Shown here: piece by piece, positions 14,924-24,857 of the stretch
How positions within the stretch are numbered: the first letter of the stretch is position 1
How the letters are laid out: every line of letters starts with the position of its first letter
Source: a virus
Lineage: Duplodnaviria; Caudoviricetes
Virus record (IMG/VR): IMGVR_UViG_3300037308_000090
Span: 1-41,708 of that record
Strand: one strand, 5' to 3'
Length of the DNA stretch: 41,708 nt
Made by a program: the position numbers and the translations under genes
Notes under the pieces: model-generated
Told to the model about the DNA's origin: nothing
The model's database searches: none
The model's input: only the letters and a program-made list of their open reading frames with translations

Positions 14924-15596
14924 AGCTCACGGCCAAATTGACTTCGCCTTGGCTCACTTCGTGCTGAAGGAACCAAGATACGCTGAGTACTACAGGAAGG
15001 CGTACGCAACCGGCCGAGAGGTCATCTTGGACAACGGGATCCACGAGTTGGGAGAACCTCTTACCATCGAAGAAATCGACGACGCTCGTGCCAAGTTGGG
15101 TGATGTAACCTGGATCATTCCTCCTGACTGGCATGGTGACTTCGTACGTACACGTACCGCGTACGACATCGCTATCGACAGATGGGGTTTGAAGGTGGCT
15201 CCGGTAGTTCAAGGAAAGAGCTTTGATGAAATGCTGACCTGCTACAACTACATGATCCGATACTCATCGATGGTGTGTTTTCCGTATCGGACCCGAGGTT
15301 TGCGTCTCCAGCTCATTCCCCATTTGGAGCGTTACCGCCGACATCACTTTCTTGGGATGAACTACTTGGCTGAGATCCACGAAGTCAGAAAGGCTCCAGA
15401 GCCCAGTTTGGATACGGGTAAGCCTTTCAGGTACGCACAGAACAACCGCTTCATGTTGGAGACCGCAGAACGTGACCCCGAAATGATGCCCAAGTTGGAT
15501 ATGAATAGGGAGTGCAACCGTCTTGTTTTGTCCAAAAACCTTTCATTGATGGAGGCTTACTCTTATGGAGGAGCCGTTCCTCAACCTAGTTCCTAA
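14874..15596 (+). CDS. Divergent TGT/DpdA-like TIM-barrel protein (candidate deazaguanine insertion enzyme)
   Basis: Ordered TGT-like motifs VILDNG, PPD, PVVQG, HHFLG, SLDTGKP; queCDE and folE are in the same genome. Confidence 0.65.
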   Translation: MEKVKLAYQVPLPHLSEAHGQIDFALAHFVLKEPRYAEYYRKAYATGREVILDNGIHELGEPLTIEEIDDARAKLGDVTWIIPPDWHGDFVRTRTAYDIAIDRWGLKVAPVVQGKSFDEMLTCYNYMIRYSSMVCFPYRTRGLRLQLIPHLERYRRHHFLGMNYLAEIHEVRKAPEPSLDTGKPFRYAQNNRFMLETAERDPEMMPKLDMNRECNRLVLSKNLSLMEAYSYGGAVPQPSS

Positions 15597-16776
15597 ACAG
15601 GGATGGCTCCGTGATTACGTTAATTTTACCATCGGATCGGAAGCTCCCGGAGCCTTTCACTTTATGGTTGGAGCCGCGATTCTTGGAGCCACGTTGGGTA
15701 GAAAGGTTTGGTTCAATAAGGGGTACTACCGAATCTACCCAACACTTCAAATCCTGATTGTGGCCCCAACGGGAAAATGCCGAAAAAGTTCGTCGATCTC
15801 CATCGGCATTAAGACGTTGCAGGAGTTCTCGAAGTTCCCGAATAGGGAAGTCAACATTATCAGCGACAAGGTGACTCCTGAGGCTCTCGTAACCTCCCTG
15901 GACTACAGACCCGAGGTCAAAATTGACGTCGAGAGGGGAGCAGTTACATCGGAGTCTAAAGACGCCGTAGCTGTTATTGTAGCCTCCGAACTCGCGGTGA
16001 TGTTGGGCAAGCAAAAGTACAACGAGGGTATCATTGCCTTGTTCACCCAACTCTTCGACAGTCCAGAGGAGTTCACCACTCGAACGAAGAACGCTGGGAA
16101 TGTTGTCCTAAAAAATGTGGCCATCACCTTTGTGGGGGCGTCGACACCAGATTGGTTGATTTCCGCAATTCCACAAGACGCTTTTGGTGGTGGCTTCATG
16201 TCCCGTATCTTATTCGTTGTGCAAGAGGATACTCCTCGGTGTTTTCCCATTCCCAAAGCTCTCGACCCCAACGCCCAAGGGAAGCTGGTCCAAGGTTTGT
16301 TGGACATTCAACCATCAGGTCCTGTTCAGGTGGAGATGACTGGGGCCGCTTACCAGTGGTACATTTTGTGGTACACAGCCCAGAAGAAGAACATTCCTGA
16401 GGACTCCAAGATGGCTGGGTATCACGAACGTAAACCAGATCACATGGTTCGTCTAGCTCTCCTTCTCACAGTTTCTGAGGGGCGCAAGGAAATTGAGGTC
16501 GACGATCTAATCACAGCCAACAAGATTCTCACCCACCTGGAAAAGGAAATGCTCGTTACCTTCAAGTGGTTGGGAATGCGTCCTGTTGGTGCCGATCAGG
16601 AGAGGATTATTCGAACCCTACGAAGCATGGGAGGTGAGGCTGAGAGACCCGACCTCTTACGTAAGATGATCTTCTACATGAACGCGCACCAATTTGGATT
16701 GGCAATGGATACGTTGTTGCAGAGTAAGGTGGTGAGAGAGGATCAGAATAGGAAGTATTTCTTGAGGGAGGGTTAA
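15565..16776 (+). CDS. DUF3987-like P-loop protein (putative replicative helicase)
   Basis: VAPTGKCRKSS Walker A variant, TPEAL, ASEL, GASTP, GGFMSRILFV; possible C-terminal winged helix. Confidence 0.7.
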   Translation: MEEPFLNLVPKQGWLRDYVNFTIGSEAPGAFHFMVGAAILGATLGRKVWFNKGYYRIYPTLQILIVAPTGKCRKSSSISIGIKTLQEFSKFPNREVNIISDKVTPEALVTSLDYRPEVKIDVERGAVTSESKDAVAVIVASELAVMLGKQKYNEGIIALFTQLFDSPEEFTTRTKNAGNVVLKNVAITFVGASTPDWLISAIPQDAFGGGFMSRILFVVQEDTPRCFPIPKALDPNAQGKLVQGLLDIQPSGPVQVEMTGAAYQWYILWYTAQKKNIPEDSKMAGYHERKPDHMVRLALLLTVSEGRKEIEVDDLITANKILTHLEKEMLVTFKWLGMRPVGADQERIIRTLRSMGGEAERPDLLRKMIFYMNAHQFGLAMDTLLQSKVVREDQNRKYFLREG

Positions 16777-17366
16777 TCAGATGGATTCTGAAGTAAGGCC
16801 CGAGCCATTGGATGAAGGTTCTCCAATTCCTCCAGAGCAAGGTTCCGATAGTGAGGATTCTTTAGCAGATCAAATGACCAGCGACGAGCTAGCTCAGACG
16901 TTCGGACGGTTGATTGGGGTGCCTGAAGAGCAGCCCGAGTTGGAACCTGTGTCGCCAGCTCCTCGGAAAGAGCCCGAGGAGATAGACCCCCTTCAGCTCG
17001 TTGGATAAGTCTAGCGAGACGCCCTGCTTCGGGAAGATTCTGAACCTTCGTTGGCACGTGGGTAGCTGTACCCCGTGTCATTAGTTGTGGGAAGAACTTA
17101 TTCGTGCCCTGGTTCGCGATCGACTTGGCCGCATGAATAAGTTCTTCTGCTATCGCCGAGGTTTCGTGTGTCGCAAGTTGTATCGCCTGCCGTCCCGGTG
17201 TAATTGTTGTCGCCGCTGGAGCCTTCAACACCTCTCTGGTGGTCCACGTTATGGGAATGTATTGTGGTGATCTCATTAAGATGGTCCGAGCAGCAACTGG
17301 GATCCGCTCCAAAGCCATCTGTAAGGAACGCTGGACCGCTGGACTAAGAGCCGCATACCAAAGCAT
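16773..17366 (-). CDS. Hypothetical protein, last gene of the late operon
   Basis: Coupled to the upstream stop; converges on the helicase-like gene; contains EELIH. Confidence 0.6.
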   Translation of the reverse strand: MLWYAALSPAVQRSLQMALERIPVAARTILMRSPQYIPITWTTREVLKAPAATTITPGRQAIQLATHETSAIAEELIHAAKSIANQGTNKFFPQLMTRGTATHVPTKVQNLPEAGRLARLIQRAEGGLSPRALSEELATQVPTRAALQAPQSTVRTSELARRWSFDLLKNPHYRNLALEELENLHPMARALLQNPSD

Positions 17367-17641
17367 CACCTTCCCCCACTGAGGCGCTCTCCACGATCAT
17401 GAACCTCGAGTGCCCTCTTTACCTCGTCAATTCCCCGTTGAATATGTGATAAAGCCGTCTGTTGAGAGGCCATATTGATTTCCAACGACGTCACTCTAAG
17501 GTCAAGGGTATCCACCTTTCTCATCTGGCTCCCAGCCCAACCAGCAATGAGACTAACGACAACCGTTATCAACAACATTGCAATCACTTTCCAATTCGGT
17601 CCTTTCAACCCCAGATCATCATCTGTTTTGCCAGCAGTCAC
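17366..17641 (-). CDS. Membrane protein with coiled coil (holin-like)
   Basis: One TM segment (VIAMLLITVVVSLIAGWAG) followed by heptads; GGGAGG RBS. Confidence 0.6.
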   Translation of the reverse strand: MTAGKTDDDLGLKGPNWKVIAMLLITVVVSLIAGWAGSQMRKVDTLDLRVTSLEINMASQQTALSHIQRGIDEVKRALEVHDRGERLSGGR

Positions 17642-18693
17642 TTAACAACCTCCCTAAGGATCACTGGAATATGGCGGCGGGCCCGGCATGCAACAACATC
17701 AATACGATACTGTAGATTTGGGGCCTCCACCTCAGATATACGTCGAAGTAGATCCTCTTCCAATCTCGACAAGTCTTGATGAGTTGCAGTAACGTACCCC
17801 AACCTTCCAAGTTGACCAACAGTTACCAGTCCCTCACCATTCTGGCTGAGATCGAGAGGTCGAAATGAGCTAGGACATCCTACCAGTACCTTGGTTCCAA
17901 ATTGGGGATGCCCATATGGGTATGGAGGTAGAGAGATGGAAGCTGTTCCAGAGAAATCGTAACTCACGTCAATCTTCTGCAAGGTGCCTCGAGCAACACC
18001 ATAAAGGGTGTTGGCCAAGTCCTTAATCAACTCGATAATGGCCAGGTTGGGTTGAAGAGAGATTCCCTCTCTTGTGATGTTGACGAAGCCAACAAACTTT
18101 GCCTTTCTTAATACACTCGTAAGTTTGTACAACGTCTCCTTAACAATTTTGGGTCGTGCGTGTCGCCAGAACCAAGCAACCTCACCCATCAAATCTACGG
18201 AGGGACCCACACGACCCGCCATGAGCTTGTCTTCTTGAATGGATGAGTAGAACGCCTTGAAGACCCAATCATCTCCGTTGAACAAGCCCCCAATGAGGAA
18301 CTCTGGATTTTGTACTCCGCAAGCTCGAGCGATACCCTGCCCAAAGACCTTGTTCCCCTGGATAGCGTCATGGAACCTTCCCGCGTTGAGAATGAGGTAG
18401 CCACCTTCCCGCAGGTCATCCGCAGCAGCACCAAGGGCCAAACCTGGGTAGGTTCTCCCATCAAAGAGAATTAGATCCGTCCTAAGAGCCAAGGACGAGA
18501 TCAAATTAACGACGCTCTTAGAGCTCCCCAAATCAGGGTCGCACAAAATGGTTTTGGTAACGAACCCCGAACCGAACTCCACCTTGACGTTGTTCGGTCG
18601 TGCAAGGATGAAGGTAACATCGTGCCCATCTTGGTATAGTTTTGCCGCCAGTGGAAGAGCCTCTCCCTTCACACTGAAGAATGCAAATCTCAT
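17638..18693 (-). CDS. PurD (phosphoribosylamine-glycine ligase)-like ATP-grasp protein, internally shortened
   Basis: MRFAFFS..GEALPLAAKL..DGHDV, DLILFD, QEDKLMAGRVGPSVDLMG, ISLPPYPY, LQYRID; ATGA overlap at the start. Confidence 0.65.
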   Translation of the reverse strand: MRFAFFSVKGEALPLAAKLYQDGHDVTFILARPNNVKVEFGSGFVTKTILCDPDLGSSKSVVNLISSLALRTDLILFDGRTYPGLALGAAADDLREGGYLILNAGRFHDAIQGNKVFGQGIARACGVQNPEFLIGGLFNGDDWVFKAFYSSIQEDKLMAGRVGPSVDLMGEVAWFWRHARPKIVKETLYKLTSVLRKAKFVGFVNITREGISLQPNLAIIELIKDLANTLYGVARGTLQKIDVSYDFSGTASISLPPYPYGHPQFGTKVLVGCPSSFRPLDLSQNGEGLVTVGQLGRLGYVTATHQDLSRLEEDLLRRISEVEAPNLQYRIDVVACRARRHIPVILREVVK

Positions 18694-21600
18694 GGCGTCA
18701 TTCCTCTCTCCAGCATGGATCGTTGATAGAGCTCTTTGGGCATTCCCCGACCTTGACGTTGTGCTGGGGTCATCATCCTCTGCTGGACAACACGTTGAAT
18801 ATCCTCGGGGGTGATGGGACGTCCCCAAGCCTTGGTGTACTCAAGCATCGCGGCTGGGTTCCCATCCAAAATAGCTTCAATCGCTTCACGCTTCTCTAAC
18901 CGATGCCTCTGAGCGATGTTGAACAGCTCACGAGAAACGTCTCTAGCTTGGAATGCCTGCTCGGGATTGATACCAGCAAGACGGAGAATCTCTCCCATTG
19001 GGGTACTATAGTACAACAACTGATTTCGGTCGTTGACTGCATACCCTCTCGAAATGGTGTCGTACACTTTGGCCATCTTCTTCGCGTAGCGGACAGGGAC
19101 TCCAACTGCTCCACCTGCCACTGTTTGGATGAATTGGCCAAATTGCTTCTGTGCCTGAGCTCTCTCTCCTGGAGTTTCACCAAGCACAGCACCATACGCA
19201 TTCCCAATCATTCGGTAGAAGGGGAATGTGAGGTTACCAAGAACGCCTTGCATCCCAAATTGGTTTCGGATGTCCATTCCCATTTTGGCCAAGGTGGTTG
19301 GCAGGAGAGCAAAGGCTCCTGAAACAGCCATGAACCTAGCAAGGCGGCCAGCGTCTCCACTTCGGATAGCTTGGGCGATACCGTCGCTGAAACCACGCAT
19401 GCTGATTTGACGTGCAACCCCTTTCCCGCTGGACATCAAACCGCCTGTCAGGAACTGCATCTGTTGGGTTGGATAGGTGACCAACATACTGCTGAGCCTA
19501 CCAATAGAACCCCTAAACAACGGGCTCCGTGCTGCTTGGGTGGTACCAAACTGGGTCTTCGGTACAAACTTGAAGAGAGACTGCATTACGGCGTCGCTGA
19601 GCTCGAGATTGGGAACTACTTGAGACGCTCGTTGCACGGCTGAAGCAAGTCCCTGGTTGAAGGACATTCCACGCAGGGCCGCATCCTCAAGGCCCGCCCA
19701 GAAGGCGATACCCCGGTTCACATTCTCTGTAATGCTGAAGGGGCTGAGAACAAACTTAGTTAGAGTTTCATCAACGTCTTGGATTTTCTGAATCATCCGG
19801 CTTCCAGGAACACGACCATAACCCTCTCGCATGATGTCCGTGAACTCACCAAAGAGGCGGAGATGTTCCTTCGTTTTGGCCCACTGTTGAACAGTTCGAG
19901 AAACTGCTGGTAAAACTCTCCCACCTTCTGCCCAGGTGTTCAACGATTGGGTGAGGTTTACAAACGCGGAATCGGGACCCAAAGCTCCCCGATAAAACCC
20001 AGAACGGAAGAGTTGGAACGTCAACGCCAACTTGTCCGGATCAGCTAGCTCCCGACCGAGGACGGAGTTCACCTTGTCCATCATCATCTTGATGGCCATA
20101 TCCGTCTTCGCTGGCCTTTGGAGAAAGACCGAATCAACGTATCGCTTCAGATACCCCTTCTCTGTGAATGGAAGATCGGGGCCAGGTAAGGCACGAACCA
20201 TCTCTCCCCACTTTCTGATAAGGGGATCGAAATGCCTGCTATGCACCAAGGTTGGGACAATCCGCTGGAAGGATTGAACCAACGTTTCCGGAGCTCTCGG
20301 ACCTGGAACAACGTAGTGGTGGAAAATCTCTCGTGGGAGCTCGTTTCGAATGAACCCAGGTAGGAGATCCCAATCCGTGAGGCCAATCTCAGTGAAGTCC
20401 CACAACTTGTTGAAGAACTTCCGTACATCTAGAGGAGCAGATTTATATGTTGGATACTTCTGCAACCATTGCTTGACTTTCAAAAGGTCTCCCGCGGACA
20501 TTTTCATCTGCACGAGCTCATCCAAATCGGAGATGTTCTTCGCCCGAGCAAAGTGGTCTACGAACTTAGAGTACAAAGCGTCTTTGATGGAACCGTAGAC
20601 CATTGTGTGCTGGTACTTCTCTCCCATATCTTTGGCGAAATCCGAGAGCATCTTCCTGTAAGACTGTACCGCCTCTGCCACTGGACCTGAAGTGGCAACT
20701 TCATCCCCCTCTAGGACACGAAGTGCCTTTGCTGAAAGTTGAGGATCTTTCCCCACCTTGTTGATGATGTTATCTTGGAGGAATTGAGACCACCCCTTCA
20801 ACTCGAAAAGGGATGCTGCCTCGGAGCGTTGACCCTCAAACCCAGCCTGGCGGATTAAGGGAGATCCTGAAAGCATCGGCTGAGCTAATGGGTTGACGAA
20901 CTTACTCCTAATGTGAGGTACAGTTCCTGCACCACCAGCAACAGAAGGTGGAATCTTTCCCGTAAAGGCGGAGACGAATTTCAACAAATCTTCGTCAGGA
21001 ATCCCGAAGAGTTTACCCAACACCGCGTGCTCTTGAGCGTTTAGCTTGGTTGACCCACCGTTGATTGCCTTCTCGTATAGGTTGAGTGCTGTCTTGATTT
21101 CTGGTGTTAACTCACGGTAGTACACCAACTCGTATCCATCATGAGTTTGGATCAAGGTGGATTTGTGTCCAGACTTCTTGACACCAAGCACTGCCTTCAT
21201 GATGTCGTCAGATGTCCGGATATTTTCTACCGAACCCATCTGCCTCCCAGCCAAATCATACGTTGCTGTAACGGCAGATTGAGCTGGAGTACTAACCTTA
21301 ATATCGGGAAGGAGTTGTTCTTGAGTTCCCTGAACCAAAGCCCTCTGATTCGAAATGTTAATGTGGTCCGTTTTGGTGAGGGGCTGTTCCGTGATCACTC
21401 TATCAAGAGTAGTCATCCCTCCACCCGTCTCACGTTCCACAGGCATAATCTTCGCTTCGGGTTGTCCTTGAAGGAATCTGTCAGCCTCCTGCAGAGTTTT
21501 GACCTTCATTTGATTGGGGCCAAGAAGCTCATAGTCCCCTGGACCGTTCACTCGAATCTTATACCCTCGAGAAGAGGCCCGTTGATTCAAATCTCGAAAC

Positions 21601-23321
21601 GAGAGTCCAGGTTCAACGGTAACCTTGGGATCGGCAAAGTGGGACGCTCCTTTTGTCTTTAGAGGTCCCGCAAATTTTTGGGCGATGCCTTCTGGAACCA
21701 CCGCTGCTGCGAATTCGGGGAGATACCCAGCTCTCTCGACATCACCCGTGGAAGTCTGAACCTCAAACGTTTCTCCTTTCGCCAAGGTGTCTGCACGGTT
21801 TTCAACTGGACGGCCGGGCTTCCCGGTTCTCTCAACGAGACCCTCTCGTGTTTTGAAATCGGCTAGCTCTTTCGAAGCCAGATTACGGACTTCAAGAAGA
21901 CCAGAAGTTCGTTCCATGTCTTGAATCTGAGACAACGCCTCTTCTGGGCTAATGTTGAGTTCGCGTTGCAACCTATGCGCAGCGACGACTCTGGCTTGTT
22001 CATCGGAGAAACCCTGCGCCTTCAACCTTGTTGTTGGGCGGCCACGTCTCCCATGAATGTTGAGAGAGTGGAGAACCGTTGGAGCGTCTCCGGTAGCTTT
22101 GGTAAGCTGGTCGTACAAAGATTTTAGATCACGTGTCTTTAGGTTTCGGAGAATCTGCAGAGCCTCCTCGGGCTCCAAACCTTGAGCCTTCAATCCAGGT
22201 AGGACTGCTTGTTCCATTGCTGCACGTGTAATCGGCTCTGAGGCACCAGCAGTTGGTGCAAGATCGGGATAGTCAGCCAGGACTTCGGCTGGTACCTTCT
22301 CCCCACGTTGGAGAGCGGATTTGACCACGTTTTTGTGTGCTGCCATTCCCACTTCAGAAGAGTGCTCCACACCTTGTTTGGCTCTCAACCACTCCTGAAA
22401 CTCACCAAGACCCATCTGCCAGGGTTGTTTTGGGGCAGTAGTTGGTTCAACAACTCCTGCACTAGGTGAGACGGATCCGGTTGTAGCTGGTGAGAATTCA
22501 GGCCGAGGAGTGATTGGTGGTTCTGCTGCTTCAGTTAATGGAACCTTCACCGGAGATGGAAGGGCGTCCAAAACACTTGTAGCAGGTGAAGGTTCTGCTG
22601 GAGGAGGAGTTCCCCCAGTTGGAATTCGTTGGCCACGACCAAGAAGACGAGCCAAACCACGACCTGCGTAGCGTCCCGCTTGGCCGACAGCTGGTCCAGC
22701 TACAGCTCCCATCCCAGCGTGAGTTACGCGAGAAGAGAGGTTGGGAGCGTTCCATGCGCCTCCAAGAATCCCTCCCGTAATAGCTTCACGAGCTAGCAGG
22801 GCAGCAAGAGGACGTCCAGCAAAAACAGCCGCTCCACCCACAGGTCCTGTTGCAGCAAAAGCAGCAAGCCCAGGGGCCAAGCCTCCAGCAAGCTCGCCAG
22901 CAGTTTGCCAACCAGGGTTGCTAACGAGGTCGTCGGCACCCCAGTAGCCTAGAGAGACCCCCCTTTTCAAACCAGAGGCAAAGGATCCAAGACGGTCTTC
23001 AGGAAGATTGGCTCGCTGCTCCTCTGTCATTCCTTGCTGGAGCTCTTGAGCTAGGGCACCCATTCTCTGGGTGTACCCCTGAATACTTGTTTGGGTTGGA
23101 GCAGCAGACGCCTCAGGATAGTCGGACAGACCGCGCCTCATAATGTAGCTTACTTGAGGCTCAGAGAACCCAATGTCTCGAAATTCATCCTCACGCTTCT
23201 TCAATGTGTTGAGGATGATGTGAATTGGGATCCCAGCCCGCCTTGCTGCCTCAATCTTCTTGGCGTACGCTGGGTAGAGATTCTCTGGTTTGTATAGATC
23301 CATCGTTCCGGCGTCTGGCAT
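18690..23321 (-). CDS. Large internal virion (DNA ejection) protein
   Basis: 1543 aa, Ala/Gly-rich segments, last of the post-tail internal protein cluster as in podoviruses. Confidence 0.7.
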   Translation of the reverse strand: MPDAGTMDLYKPENLYPAYAKKIEAARRAGIPIHIILNTLKKREDEFRDIGFSEPQVSYIMRRGLSDYPEASAAPTQTSIQGYTQRMGALAQELQQGMTEEQRANLPEDRLGSFASGLKRGVSLGYWGADDLVSNPGWQTAGELAGGLAPGLAAFAATGPVGGAAVFAGRPLAALLAREAITGGILGGAWNAPNLSSRVTHAGMGAVAGPAVGQAGRYAGRGLARLLGRGQRIPTGGTPPPAEPSPATSVLDALPSPVKVPLTEAAEPPITPRPEFSPATTGSVSPSAGVVEPTTAPKQPWQMGLGEFQEWLRAKQGVEHSSEVGMAAHKNVVKSALQRGEKVPAEVLADYPDLAPTAGASEPITRAAMEQAVLPGLKAQGLEPEEALQILRNLKTRDLKSLYDQLTKATGDAPTVLHSLNIHGRRGRPTTRLKAQGFSDEQARVVAAHRLQRELNISPEEALSQIQDMERTSGLLEVRNLASKELADFKTREGLVERTGKPGRPVENRADTLAKGETFEVQTSTGDVERAGYLPEFAAAVVPEGIAQKFAGPLKTKGASHFADPKVTVEPGLSFRDLNQRASSRGYKIRVNGPGDYELLGPNQMKVKTLQEADRFLQGQPEAKIMPVERETGGGMTTLDRVITEQPLTKTDHINISNQRALVQGTQEQLLPDIKVSTPAQSAVTATYDLAGRQMGSVENIRTSDDIMKAVLGVKKSGHKSTLIQTHDGYELVYYRELTPEIKTALNLYEKAINGGSTKLNAQEHAVLGKLFGIPDEDLLKFVSAFTGKIPPSVAGGAGTVPHIRSKFVNPLAQPMLSGSPLIRQAGFEGQRSEAASLFELKGWSQFLQDNIINKVGKDPQLSAKALRVLEGDEVATSGPVAEAVQSYRKMLSDFAKDMGEKYQHTMVYGSIKDALYSKFVDHFARAKNISDLDELVQMKMSAGDLLKVKQWLQKYPTYKSAPLDVRKFFNKLWDFTEIGLTDWDLLPGFIRNELPREIFHHYVVPGPRAPETLVQSFQRIVPTLVHSRHFDPLIRKWGEMVRALPGPDLPFTEKGYLKRYVDSVFLQRPAKTDMAIKMMMDKVNSVLGRELADPDKLALTFQLFRSGFYRGALGPDSAFVNLTQSLNTWAEGGRVLPAVSRTVQQWAKTKEHLRLFGEFTDIMREGYGRVPGSRMIQKIQDVDETLTKFVLSPFSITENVNRGIAFWAGLEDAALRGMSFNQGLASAVQRASQVVPNLELSDAVMQSLFKFVPKTQFGTTQAARSPLFRGSIGRLSSMLVTYPTQQMQFLTGGLMSSGKGVARQISMRGFSDGIAQAIRSGDAGRLARFMAVSGAFALLPTTLAKMGMDIRNQFGMQGVLGNLTFPFYRMIGNAYGAVLGETPGERAQAQKQFGQFIQTVAGGAVGVPVRYAKKMAKVYDTISRGYAVNDRNQLLYYSTPMGEILRLAGINPEQAFQARDVSRELFNIAQRHRLEKREAIEAILDGNPAAMLEYTKAWGRPITPEDIQRVVQQRMMTPAQRQGRGMPKELYQRSMLERGMTP

Positions 23322-23332
23322 TACAACCTCCC

Positions 23333-23968
23333 CTAGTCAGATCTCCCACCGAAGATATCGGCCAGGTAGTTTGGTTGTGCCTGTACTGGACCAGGTTGGA
23401 CTCCAGGAGTCACTACTTGACCTCCTGGACTTGGAGCTGGAGTTGCCCGACCTGGTTTCCTCAACATCAGGTTGGCCTTGTACCGTTGAACCGCCCCCAT
23501 GAATTGGGGATCCGTCGCCAATTCTGGGTACATCATCGAGACGTTATCGAAGAGCCCACTAACATATTGATCGGAGCTCTGCATATGCATCTCGAGAAGC
23601 TTTCTCGTCTCCGGCGGCAAGTTCGGTGCCATGTAGGAAAACATCTCCTCAGTCTTCCGTCGCTGATCCTCGGAGCTTGTTGCCACGTTGGCCAGAGTTG
23701 CAAGAGCTTGATTGAGTCTAGTTTGCCTCGCCTTGCTTTGGAATCCTTGAGAAGCTACATCCCAAGGAACCCCGGTGTAGGAGGTGTACCCCTGTCTCTG
23801 AGGCATAGGAACTCTGGTTAGGTCCCCATAATTCTCTTGAAACTGTTCGAGGAGCCCTTGACCTCGAGTACCAATGGCACCCTCAATCCGTCGTCCTTCT
23901 CTCTGACTTCGGAGAGCCTCTTCAAGCTGGAGAGCTCGAGCAAGGCTTCCAATAGGATCCAGTGGCAT
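23333..23968 (-). CDS. Putative internal virion protein
   Basis: AGGAGGAGG RBS; Gln-rich helical sequence; position in the ejection cluster. Confidence 0.6.
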   Translation of the reverse strand: MPLDPIGSLARALQLEEALRSQREGRRIEGAIGTRGQGLLEQFQENYGDLTRVPMPQRQGYTSYTGVPWDVASQGFQSKARQTRLNQALATLANVATSSEDQRRKTEEMFSYMAPNLPPETRKLLEMHMQSSDQYVSGLFDNVSMMYPELATDPQFMGAVQRYKANLMLRKPGRATPAPSPGGQVVTPGVQPGPVQAQPNYLADIFGGRSD

Positions 23969-24856
23969 CTAACCTCCTCCTTGTAGGAACAGCATTGCCT
24001 TTCGAAGTCCCCTCAACACTTCCAACTCGTTTGGCTGGAGCCCTGGGCGCCCCATCGTTCGTGGAACAAAAATTGCGGCCTCTCCACCCGTTTGGGGTTC
24101 TCCAAAACGAACCTTTGTTGGTCGGTTTACGTAGAACGCCCCTCCCTTCGCAATTCCTGGACTCGTTCCATCGTTTCGACCGCTGTCTCCCGGTGCTTCT
24201 CCTACTCCAGCTAGTCCTCCTTCAGCAGATCCAGAACCCATAGAAGCAGTACCAGGAGTATTACCACTATCAGGGCCAAATGCTCCCCAACCTGCTTCAG
24301 GACCCACGGAAGCGCTTGGTGCACTTGGATCCCCTCCCCAACCAGCAGGACTCCCAGGTGAAACGTTCTGACCTGCCTGCATGGCATCAAACATACTCTG
24401 TCTTGCATCCAAGGCGGCTCTCTCGGCTTCAGCTGCGGCGAAGGCTCCTTGGAAGTCCGAGATATCTCTTATACTTGTTGGGTCGAGACCCAGCATAGGG
24501 TCATACTCTCGTTGGACCCCAAAATAATCGGCCAGAGCACTCGCAGATCTGATTCCGAGATTCATGGCTGTCTTAGCCGTTCCAAGACCAGGTAAACCCG
24601 CACCAAGAAGGCCAGCGACAGTGTTAGCAAGACCCAAACCACGCGAAGCCATACCTAAGGCCGCTTTCTCAGAAGCATCAAGTGGACCCGATTCGGCGGT
24701 TCCTTTAGCTCCAACATCACCTCGGCCGGAGTCTCCACCTTGTTGGAGAATTTTGGCTGTTGTAGGTAATTGGCCACCGAAACGACGTTCCTGTCCCCTC
24801 CTAGACATTTCCTGGAGGGTTCTCACTAAAGTCATCATCTGACTTTGAGTAATCAT
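23969..24856 (-). CDS. Putative internal virion protein (Gly/Ala-rich)
   Basis: Start taken at MITQSQMM just after the upstream stop; C-terminal AKGG..YVNRPT...GE...GGEAAIFVP. Confidence 0.6.
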   Translation of the reverse strand: MITQSQMMTLVRTLQEMSRRGQERRFGGQLPTTAKILQQGGDSGRGDVGAKGTAESGPLDASEKAALGMASRGLGLANTVAGLLGAGLPGLGTAKTAMNLGIRSASALADYFGVQREYDPMLGLDPTSIRDISDFQGAFAAAEAERAALDARQSMFDAMQAGQNVSPGSPAGWGGDPSAPSASVGPEAGWGAFGPDSGNTPGTASMGSGSAEGGLAGVGEAPGDSGRNDGTSPGIAKGGAFYVNRPTKVRFGEPQTGGEAAIFVPRTMGRPGLQPNELEVLRGLRKAMLFLQGGG

Positions 24857-24857
24857 G

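Noticed and set aside
17638-18693. Auxiliary metabolic purD, or purZ of a Z-genome system
   Set aside because: It lacks the adenylosuccinate-synthetase-like motifs of PurZ, appears to lack the ATP-grasp lid, and sits in the virion operon.
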